Source of the DNA: an uncultured Acidimicrobiales bacterium
Lineage (GTDB): Bacteria; Actinomycetota; Acidimicrobiia; Acidimicrobiales; SHLQ01
NCBI GenBank assembly: GCA_964390555.1
Contig: CAYMJU010000207.1
Location: 6,466 to 70,465 of the forward strand
Reading direction: 5' to 3'
DNA length: 64,000 nucleotides
The position numbers were made by a program, and so were the translations under genes. Below, one piece after another: positions 17,035 through 24,922 of this stretch. How positions within the stretch are numbered: position 1 is the first letter of the stretch; each line of letters opens with the position of its first letter. The notes beneath the pieces are model-generated. The model had not been told where the DNA came from, did not search any database, and saw only the letters and a list, made by a program, of their open reading frames with translations.

Positions 17035-18369
17035 ATGGCGCTTCCCGACAGCGCTCGATTCGTCGTGATCGGCGCCGGCGTCCACGGTCTCTCGACCGCC
17101 TATCACCTGGCGAAAGAGCTCGAGGCCGCCGGTACCGGCTGGGGTGGCGACGTGGTCGTACTCGACAAGAACGGCATCGGCGCCGGAGCCAGCGGCATCG
17201 CCTGTGGTGTCGTGCGGAACAACTACTACCAACCGGCGATGCGCCGGCTGATGGCCCACTCGGTCGGCGTGTGGGAGCAGCACGCCGAGCGCTTGTCGTA
17301 CCACTCCGTCGGCTACATGCAGATCTCGCCCGAGGTCATGCACGAACAGGTCGCCACCATCTACGAGCAGGAACAGGCGATCGGGTACCCGTCGACCTTC
17401 GTAGAGGGCGAGGCGGCGTGTCGCGACTACATGCGGGCCATGTTCCCCGACTGGCAGGCCCGCAACATCACGACGGTGCTGCACGAGGACCGGGGCGGGT
17501 ACGCCAACAACATGGCATCGATGACCGGCCTGGCCGCCATGGCCCGCGCCGAGGGAGTCCGCATCTTCACCGGTACCCGAGTCACCGGTTTGCGCACCGA
17601 CAACTCAGGCTCGGTGACCCACGTCGAGACCGACCAGGGCACGATCGCCTGCGAGCAGGTCGCAGTGGGCGCGGGACCTTGGGTCCGCGACTTCTGGCGC
17701 ATGCTCGACCTGCCCGACACGGTGACCGTCGTCGGCCGAGACGGCAACCGTTACGAGCGGCCGATGTGGGTGTACTGGTGCCTCGAGGAGGGGACGCTCG
17801 GCGTCGACCCCGACTACTTGTCTCTACCCGACGGCCGCATGCCGCCGGTCATCCACGTCGACACTGACGCTCCGCTCTACGATGACGACGGCGGACTCGT
17901 GACCGACCAGCTCTGGGGCATCTATTTCAAGCCCGACACCAACTTCGGCGGTGTGCAGGGCGGGGCTATGCCCTACATCGTCGACAAGCCACTCGACCAG
18001 GTCGCCGTCGACCCTTACGGCACGTCGAGCCCCGACTTCATCGTGGGCGACGATTTCAAGCGCATGTGGACCTCGGCGCTCGCGCACTGCCTCAAACGGT
18101 TCGAGGGCATGAGCCACCTGTACAAGGACGAGCCGTCCGGTGGCCTCGGCTGCTTCACTCCAGACAGCTTCCCGGTCATCGACTACGCCCGCGACAACGC
18201 GTACGTGATCGCCGATTCGAACCACGGCTACAAGATGATCGGCGTGGGGCAGCTGGTGGCCAGGGCCATGCTCGGCCAGCCGCAGGAGATCTTGCACCCG
18301 TTCCGGTTCGGCCGCTACGCCGACGGCGACCTGCACCCGACCAGCAACTCACCCTTTCCCTGGTCCTAG
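17035..18369 (+). CDS. FAD-dependent oxidoreductase (DAO family, sarcosine-oxidase-beta-like)
   Basis: N-terminal Rossmann motif VVIGAGVHGLSTAYHLA. Overall resemblance to the beta subunit / monomeric amine oxidase family. ATG 17035 is preceded by GGGGGA. Confidence 0.85.
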   Translation: MALPDSARFVVIGAGVHGLSTAYHLAKELEAAGTGWGGDVVVLDKNGIGAGASGIACGVVRNNYYQPAMRRLMAHSVGVWEQHAERLSYHSVGYMQISPEVMHEQVATIYEQEQAIGYPSTFVEGEAACRDYMRAMFPDWQARNITTVLHEDRGGYANNMASMTGLAAMARAEGVRIFTGTRVTGLRTDNSGSVTHVETDQGTIACEQVAVGAGPWVRDFWRMLDLPDTVTVVGRDGNRYERPMWVYWCLEEGTLGVDPDYLSLPDGRMPPVIHVDTDAPLYDDDGGLVTDQLWGIYFKPDTNFGGVQGGAMPYIVDKPLDQVAVDPYGTSSPDFIVGDDFKRMWTSALAHCLKRFEGMSHLYKDEPSGGLGCFTPDSFPVIDYARDNAYVIADSNHGYKMIGVGQLVARAMLGQPQEILHPFRFGRYADGDLHPTSNSPFPWS

Positions 18370-18399
18370 ACCAGCAACGATGTCCGGGGGGACGACGAC

Positions 18400-19806
18400 A
18401 TGACCGACAAGATGTGGGGCGACGCGCCGTTCTGGGGGCTGGGGTACGAGTGGGACCCGAACTGGGTGCTCACCGACCGCCAGCAGGAGCTGCGGTCGCT
18501 GCTCATCGACCTGTGCCAGTCCGAGATGCGGGCCAACGCCAAAGTCAGCGACGACAACCTCGTGTACCCCCGCGCCAACCTCGAGCTGCTCGGCCGGCAC
18601 GGCTTCCTAGGGCTCACCGTGCCCGAGGAGTACGGCGGGCTGGGCGAGAACCACGTGGCCTACTCGATGGTGTGCGAGACCATCGCCCGCTACGGCTGCG
18701 CGTCGACGGCCATGTGCTACGTGATGCACATGGGGGCGGTCAACGCGATCATGCTGCGCCCAACCGATTACTTGATCGACAAGTACATCCGGCCGCTTCG
18801 TGACGGCAGGATCGGCACGCTGTCGTACTCGGACCCCGAGACCGGGTCGCACTTCTGGTACCCGATCTCGTCAGGGGCCGAGCGGGCCGACGGCGGGTTC
18901 AACGTTCGGAAGAAGGCGAGCTGGACCACCTCGGCCGGGTTCGCCGACTGGTACGTCGTGCAGACCACCAGCCCCGACTTCGCGTGGTACGACGACCTGT
19001 CGGTGTTCGTGGTCGACGCCGAGCACGCCAACGCCCAACCCGAGCTGTGGGACGCCATCGGCTTGCGGGGCAACCAGTCGGGCAGCCTCGACGTCAACGG
19101 CTTCGTCCCGGACGACCAGCTCATCGGACAGGTGGGCGACGGCGCCTACTCCAACGACGAGTCGGTCGACCCCTGGTTCCTGATCGGTTCGTCGTCGGTG
19201 TGGAACGGGATCTCCCTCGGGGCGATCGACATCGCCAAGCGCCACACGACGGCCAAGAAGCACGTCGATGTCGGCCTCCGGGTGTGCGACTACCCCACCA
19301 TCCAGGACTACGTGGGCGAGGCGGTCATCGACACCAACGCCAGTCGAATGTTCGTTACGAGCGTGGCCCAGGCGTGCGACGCGGCCACCGACAACAACAC
19401 CCGGCGCCTCGACGGGGCCACGGCGCGGGCCGACTTCTTGCACTGGGCGTGGCAGATCAAGTTCGTCGCGGCCAAGAACGTGGCCCACGTGTGCGACAAG
19501 ATGCTCCACGCCTGCGGCGGCTCGGGCTTCAAGCGCAACATGGAGCTCGAGCGCTACCTGCGCGACGGCAAGGCCGGTTGGGTCATGGGCCCGACCAACG
19601 AGGTGCTCCGCCAGTTCGTCGGCAAGGCGGTGCTGCTCGGCTTCGACAGCCTCGACTACTGGAACCAGACCGTGAACCATCGGGCGATCGACAACGAGGT
19701 GAAGAAGCTCGACCCCGAGGCCAAGCGGGCGCTGGCCGAACGCTTGTTGTCCGAGGCGACGGCCGACGAGACCGCCGGCAAGAAGGGCACGGTCAAGGTC
19801 GGCTGA
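18400..19806 (+). CDS. acyl-CoA dehydrogenase-fold flavoprotein, probably not a classical ACAD
   Basis: ACAD-like N, middle and C domains (GFLGLTVPEEYGGLG, SDPETGSH, CGGSGF...RYLRDGKAG). The MCAD-type catalytic Glu position (YEGT) reads MGPT. About 50 aa of extra C-terminal tail. Confidence 0.75.
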   Translation: MTDKMWGDAPFWGLGYEWDPNWVLTDRQQELRSLLIDLCQSEMRANAKVSDDNLVYPRANLELLGRHGFLGLTVPEEYGGLGENHVAYSMVCETIARYGCASTAMCYVMHMGAVNAIMLRPTDYLIDKYIRPLRDGRIGTLSYSDPETGSHFWYPISSGAERADGGFNVRKKASWTTSAGFADWYVVQTTSPDFAWYDDLSVFVVDAEHANAQPELWDAIGLRGNQSGSLDVNGFVPDDQLIGQVGDGAYSNDESVDPWFLIGSSSVWNGISLGAIDIAKRHTTAKKHVDVGLRVCDYPTIQDYVGEAVIDTNASRMFVTSVAQACDAATDNNTRRLDGATARADFLHWAWQIKFVAAKNVAHVCDKMLHACGGSGFKRNMELERYLRDGKAGWVMGPTNEVLRQFVGKAVLLGFDSLDYWNQTVNHRAIDNEVKKLDPEAKRALAERLLSEATADETAGKKGTVKVG

Positions 19807-22007
19807 TGCCGGTCGAGCGGGTGCTCTTTCCGGGGCTGGTTCCCCGGGTGCCGGGGCTCGAGCGATATCGGGTCGAGCCCGGCGAGGCCCGCCGACTCGA
19901 TCTGCGGCCGGGCGACGAGCTGCGGCTCCGCGACCCCGAAGGACTCACCGCGGCCACCATCACCGTGACCGATGGTCGCCTCGATGGCGAAGGCGGCCGG
20001 ATCGACGTGTTCGGTGCCGGCTCGCCGGCCGGGGCATCGGCGACGTTCGTCTCGTCCGACGGCGCCGCGGTCCTCATCGAGAGCGCGGCGTTCGTCATGG
20101 ACGTCGGTGCGTCGCATCCACCGTCTGCGTTGCGGGTCGAGCTGCAGCGGGCGACTGTCGATCCCGAGTCCGAGCCCCTTCTCCCCGAACCGCTCGCCCT
20201 GCCGCTCGTGCTCGACCGGCGCATCGACCGGGCCACCGCAGCCTCCTACGAGGTGGCCGAGGGGCAGTGGATCCAGATCCTCGACGTCGAGGGCCGGCAG
20301 TGCTCGGACCTGTTGGCGTTCAACGCCCGCCAGCTCCAAGCCGGGCGCGAGCGCGGCATCGACCCCACAACCACCCGCACGCTGCTGGGCGCGCTGTACC
20401 CGGGGCCGGGCCTCTACTCCAAGTACTTCGACCAGGACATGCAGCCGCTCCTCGAAGTCGTGCGCGACACCGTCGGTCGCCACGACACGTTCGGGCTGGC
20501 GTGCACCGCCAAGTACTACGACGACATGGGCTACTTCGGCCACGCCAACTGCAGCGACAACTTCAACGCCGCGCTCGACCGGTTCGGGCTCGAGCCGCGG
20601 CGGGGCTGGCCGGCGATCAACCTCTGGTACAACACGATGCTGATGGGCAACTCCATCACCCTCGACGAGCCCGAGTCCCGACCCGGCGACTACGTGCTGA
20701 TGCGGGCCCTCACCGACCTCGTCGTCGGGTCGTCGGCGTGCCCCGACGACATCGACCCCACCAACGCGTGGAACCCGACCGACATCCACGTGCGGGTGTA
20801 CGACGCCCACCAGACGTTTAGCCGGGCGATCGCCCGCCGAGTCACCCCCGAGGCCGACCCCGTGCTCACCAAAGACACCGCCTTCTCGCCCCGCTGGGGT
20901 GAACTGACCCGCCGCACCACCGAGTACCGGGGCTACTGGCTGCCAACGTCGTTCTCCTCGGAGGGTGCCATCGCCGAGTACTGGGCGTGCCGTGAGCACG
21001 CCGCGGTGATGGACCTGTCGCCGCTGCGCAAGTTCGAGGTCACCGGCCCCGACGCCGAGGCGCTCATGCAATACGCGGTCACCCGCGACATCAAGAAGCT
21101 GGCCGTGGGGCAGGTGGTCTACGCGGCGATGTGCCACCACACGGGCGGCATGATCGATGACGGCACGGTGTTCCGGCTCGGCCCGGATCTGTTCCGCTGG
21201 ATCGGGGGCGAAGAGTACGGCGGCGTGTGGTTGCGAGAGCTCGCCGAGCAGCAGGGCTATCGGGCGTGGGTGAAACAGTCGACCGACCAGCTCCACAACA
21301 TCGCGGTCCAGGGTCCGGCGAGCCGTGACATCGTCGGTTCGATCATCTGGACCCCACCGGCCCAACCGTCGATCGCCGAGCTCGGCTGGTTCAGGTTCGC
21401 TGTCGGCCGCCTCGGTGGCTTCAACGGTCCGGCGCTGATGGTGTCGCGCACGGGCTACTCGGGCGAGCTCGGCTACGAGCTGTTCTGCCACCCCAAGGAC
21501 GCGGTTGCCGTGTGGGACGCCGTGTGGGAATCCGGGCTGCCCCACGGCCTCAGCCCGCTCGGACTCGACGCGCTCGACGTGTTGCGCATCGAGGCCGGGC
21601 TGGTGTTCGCCGGCTACGAGTTCGACGACACCGTCGACCCCTATGCCGCCGGCATCGGGTTCACGGTCGCGCTGTCGTCACCCGACGACTTCGTGGGCAA
21701 GGCCGCGCTGGCCCGCAAGAAGACCAACCCCGATCAGGTGCTCGTGGGGCTCGAACTGTCCGGCAACGAGACCGGGTCGAACGGCGACTGCGTGCACGTC
21801 GGCAAACCCCAGGTCGGCGTGGTCACCAGCGGGTGCCGGTCACCGTGGCTCAGCAAGAACGTCGCCCTCGCCCGGGTGGCCCCCGAGTACGCCGCCATCG
21901 GCACCGAGGTGCAGGTCGGCAAGATCGACGGCCACCAGAAACGCATCCCCGCAAGGGTCGTCCGTTACCCCTTCTACGACCCCGACAAAGTCAAGCCCCG
22001 CAGCTGA
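19806..22007 (+). CDS. tdm: DUF1989 + GcvT (tetrahydrofolate-binding aminomethyltransferase) fusion, trimethylamine-N-oxide demethylase-like
   Basis: 733 aa. The N-terminal half has a DUF1989-type Cys/His-rich core (HDTFGLACTAKYYDDMGYFGHANCSDNFN). The C-terminal half is GcvT-like (VMDLSPLRKFEVTGPDA, SRTGYSGELGYELF, LRIEAGL). This two-domain architecture is the one described for Tdm. TGATG 1-nt overlap with the upstream gene. Confidence 0.75.
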   Translation: MPVERVLFPGLVPRVPGLERYRVEPGEARRLDLRPGDELRLRDPEGLTAATITVTDGRLDGEGGRIDVFGAGSPAGASATFVSSDGAAVLIESAAFVMDVGASHPPSALRVELQRATVDPESEPLLPEPLALPLVLDRRIDRATAASYEVAEGQWIQILDVEGRQCSDLLAFNARQLQAGRERGIDPTTTRTLLGALYPGPGLYSKYFDQDMQPLLEVVRDTVGRHDTFGLACTAKYYDDMGYFGHANCSDNFNAALDRFGLEPRRGWPAINLWYNTMLMGNSITLDEPESRPGDYVLMRALTDLVVGSSACPDDIDPTNAWNPTDIHVRVYDAHQTFSRAIARRVTPEADPVLTKDTAFSPRWGELTRRTTEYRGYWLPTSFSSEGAIAEYWACREHAAVMDLSPLRKFEVTGPDAEALMQYAVTRDIKKLAVGQVVYAAMCHHTGGMIDDGTVFRLGPDLFRWIGGEEYGGVWLRELAEQQGYRAWVKQSTDQLHNIAVQGPASRDIVGSIIWTPPAQPSIAELGWFRFAVGRLGGFNGPALMVSRTGYSGELGYELFCHPKDAVAVWDAVWESGLPHGLSPLGLDALDVLRIEAGLVFAGYEFDDTVDPYAAGIGFTVALSSPDDFVGKAALARKKTNPDQVLVGLELSGNETGSNGDCVHVGKPQVGVVTSGCRSPWLSKNVALARVAPEYAAIGTEVQVGKIDGHQKRIPARVVRYPFYDPDKVKPRS

Positions 22008-22155
22008 CGGGGTTCTCAGCGTTCGTACAGTTCGTCACGCGCTGGGTGCAGGAAGCCGAAACGGCCACGGGCGGACGGGCGACGGGCGTCAGCCAGGACG
22101 GTTCTGGGTGGGTGACGTACGCTCTGGAGGCCACGCGGCCCACCCAGTTCGTGCA

Positions 22156-23088
22156 CTAGTCCGGGCGGTTTTGGACGTGTTGGAAGCCGAAGCGGCCTTT
22201 GATGCACAGGTTGCCGTGGGTGACCGAGTGGTCCGAGGGGCTGGTGACCTTGACGATCTGGTTGTCCTGCACGTGGAGCTCGAGGTTGCAACCGACCCCG
22301 CAGTAGGGGCAGACCGTGGTGGTCTGGGTCTGGGCGGATTCGTCCCACGTGCCCTCGGCGCGCATGGTGTGCTCGCTCGTGAACATCAGCGCCCCGGTCG
22401 GGCACACGGCGATGCAGTTGCCGCAGTACACGCACGCCGAGTCGGTCAGGTCGACGGCGAACTCGGTCGACACCCGGGCGTCGAACCCCCGGCCGGCCAC
22501 GCCGATGGCGAACGTGTTCTGCCACTGGTCACCGCACGCATCTACGCACTTGTAACACAGGATGCACTTGGCGTAGTCACGCACGTACAGCTCGTTGTCG
22601 TCCTTCACCGGCTGGTGCACGTTGTCGGCCGCGGTGCCGTCGGACGGGTGATGAGGGTGGCTCGGGAACCGGTCGTCACGGTCGGCCGAGCCGGGCGCGG
22701 CCACGCCATAGCGGGTGGGGTCGGCGCCGTATTCGGAGTACCAGTCGTCGATCCGGGGGGTGGTCGACAGGTCGACCGACGAGCCGAGGAACTCGAGCAC
22801 CATCTTGCGGCTGTGTTGGGCCCGATCGGAGTCGGTGCGCACCACCATGCCGGGCTCGACTTTGCGCGAGCACGATGGCACGAGCGTCCGCGACCCCTCG
22901 ACCTCGACCATGCACACCCGGCACGCGTTCTTGGGGGTGAGCGTCTCGCCGTAGCACAAGGTGGGGATGTCGCACCCCTGGCCACGGCACGCCGACAACA
23001 CCGTGGTCCCCTCGGGCACCTTCACCACCTCGCCATCGACGGTTAGCTCGACGAGCCGGACGGGCGCAGCCACACGAACGCTGTTCAC
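22156..23088 (-). CDS. formate dehydrogenase alpha-subunit N-terminal Fe-S module (2Fe-2S, two 4Fe-4S ferredoxin motifs, Mo-pterin-type Fe4S4 domain) as a separate protein
   Basis: Cys motifs C-x-C in the N-terminal 2Fe-2S region, CILCYKCVDAC, CVYCGNCIAVCP and CPYCGVGCNL...GNLCIKGRFG. The protein ends 9 residues after the GRFG motif, where full-length FdsA/FdhF-type proteins continue into the molybdopterin domain. Confidence 0.8.
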   Translation of the reverse strand: MNSVRVAAPVRLVELTVDGEVVKVPEGTTVLSACRGQGCDIPTLCYGETLTPKNACRVCMVEVEGSRTLVPSCSRKVEPGMVVRTDSDRAQHSRKMVLEFLGSSVDLSTTPRIDDWYSEYGADPTRYGVAAPGSADRDDRFPSHPHHPSDGTAADNVHQPVKDDNELYVRDYAKCILCYKCVDACGDQWQNTFAIGVAGRGFDARVSTEFAVDLTDSACVYCGNCIAVCPTGALMFTSEHTMRAEGTWDESAQTQTTTVCPYCGVGCNLELHVQDNQIVKVTSPSDHSVTHGNLCIKGRFGFQHVQNRPD

Positions 23089-23137
23089 GCTGATCTCCTG
23101 TTCGCCTTCTCGCTCGCTACCGCTCGCGGCGTGCGGC

Positions 23138-24922
23138 TCACGAGAAAGCTCCGAGCTTGAGGATCGCGGATTCGATGGCGCTGTGGGCGGTCTGGCCGAG
23201 GCCGCAGATCGAGGCGTCGCGCATCACCTGGCCGATCTCGGCGAGCAGCGCCAGATCGCCCGAGCCGATGCCCGACGCCAACCGGGTGAGCGCTTCCTCC
23301 TGGCGGACGGTGCCCACGCGGCACGGCACGCACTGGCCGCAGCTCTCGTCGCGGAAGAACGCGGCGATGCGACGGAGGAACGGCACCAGTTCGACGGTGT
23401 CGTCGAGCACCATCACCACACCGGAGCCGAGCGTCGCGCCGATGGCGCGGGTGCCCTCGAAGGTGAGCGGCACGTCGATCTCGCTCGGTCCGACGAAAGC
23501 GCCCGCCGCGCCACCCAACAGCACCGCCTGGAGCGACCGACCGGCGGGCAGGCCGCCGGCGAGATCGATCAGCTCGCGAAGCGTCGCCCCGAACGGCACC
23601 TCGTAGACGCCGGGCCGGACCACTCCCCCGCTCACACAGAACAGCTTTGGTCCCGCCGACCCCTGCGTGCCGATCGCCGCGAACGCCGGTCCGCCGTCGA
23701 GCACGATCGGCAGCACGTTCACGAGTGTTTCGACGTTGTTGATCACCGTGGGCTCGTGGAAGAGCCCGGCCTCGACCGGGAACGGGGGCTTGTTGCGCGG
23801 CTCGCCGCGGTAGCCCTCGATCGAGTTGAAGATCGCCGTCTCCTCACCGCAGATGTACGCCCCCGCGCCCCGGAAGATCTCGAGGTCGAAGGCGAAGCCC
23901 ACGCCGGCCACGTCGGGGCCGAGGAAGCCTCGGGCCCGAGCCGACTCGATGGCGGCCTGGAGCGTGGCGGTCGCCCGCGGGTACTCGCCACGCAGGTAGA
24001 TCCAGCCGTGCTCGGCGCCGGTGGCGTAGCCGGCGATGGTCATGGCTTCGATGAGCGAGAACGGGTCGCCCTCGATGATCACCCGGTCCTTGAAGGTGCC
24101 GGGCTCGGACTCATCCGCGTTGCAGATGAGGTGATGGGGCCGCTTGGGCTGGCGGGCCGCGGCGTCCCACTTGCGACCGGCGGGGAAGGCGGCGCCGCCG
24201 CGGCCGAGCAGGTTCGAATCGAGCAGTTCGCGGATCACGCCCGCGGGGCCCAACTCCGCGGCCCGGCGCAACGCCGCGTAGCCGCCACGGGCCCGGTAGT
24301 CATCGAGGCTGGTGGGGTCGACGACACCGACGCGCCGCAACAGCGTGAGAGACGCAGATCCGGCCTGGGGTGTTGCCGCGGCGACCGGCGCCTCGGGCTC
24401 GGGCCAACCGCCGTCGACCGCAGACCGGATCGACACCGGCGTCGCCGGGGCCAGCACTGCCTGGCGGGGCGGGTCGGCGGCTTCGACCAGCAGTGCCGCC
24501 GGGGCCCGTTCGCACAAACCGAGGCACGGCGACTCGTGGGCGCCGTCGGGAACCGTGGCGCCGGCCATCATGCACACCAGGTCGACGCACACGTGCACCT
24601 GTCGCGCCGGCCGCTTGCGCAATGAGAACAGCGCGTAGAAGCTGGCGACGGCGTAGACCTCGGCCGGGGCGACATCGAGGCGTTGGGCCACGTAGTTGAG
24701 CGCTCCCGGCGAGATCCATCCGACCCGGTCGTTGACTGCGTGAAGCGCCGGCAGCAGCCGATGCCGCTGTCGCTTCAGCTCGCCCCCACCCCGCGCCGCA
24801 TGGTGGTCGCTGGCGTCGCGGAGCCCACCGCGCCATCCCTCGGGCGCGGGTCCGAGGAGCGCGTCGACGGCGTCGCGCTCGGCGAGCGAAGCCACATCCG
24901 GCCCGAATTTCAGATCAGGCAC
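23138..24922 (-). CDS. fused NuoE-like/NuoF-like diaphorase subunit (FdsG-FdsB type; NAD, FMN and Fe-S binding)
   Basis: The N-terminal part has the thioredoxin-like 2Fe-2S pattern (VCVDLVC...CLGLCE). The C-terminal part has NuoF motifs (GRGGAAFPAGRKW, ICNADESEPGTFKDR, ESCGQCVPCR). 8-nt overlap with the upstream gene. Confidence 0.85.
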   Translation of the reverse strand: MPDLKFGPDVASLAERDAVDALLGPAPEGWRGGLRDASDHHAARGGGELKRQRHRLLPALHAVNDRVGWISPGALNYVAQRLDVAPAEVYAVASFYALFSLRKRPARQVHVCVDLVCMMAGATVPDGAHESPCLGLCERAPAALLVEAADPPRQAVLAPATPVSIRSAVDGGWPEPEAPVAAATPQAGSASLTLLRRVGVVDPTSLDDYRARGGYAALRRAAELGPAGVIRELLDSNLLGRGGAAFPAGRKWDAAARQPKRPHHLICNADESEPGTFKDRVIIEGDPFSLIEAMTIAGYATGAEHGWIYLRGEYPRATATLQAAIESARARGFLGPDVAGVGFAFDLEIFRGAGAYICGEETAIFNSIEGYRGEPRNKPPFPVEAGLFHEPTVINNVETLVNVLPIVLDGGPAFAAIGTQGSAGPKLFCVSGGVVRPGVYEVPFGATLRELIDLAGGLPAGRSLQAVLLGGAAGAFVGPSEIDVPLTFEGTRAIGATLGSGVVMVLDDTVELVPFLRRIAAFFRDESCGQCVPCRVGTVRQEEALTRLASGIGSGDLALLAEIGQVMRDASICGLGQTAHSAIESAILKLGAFS

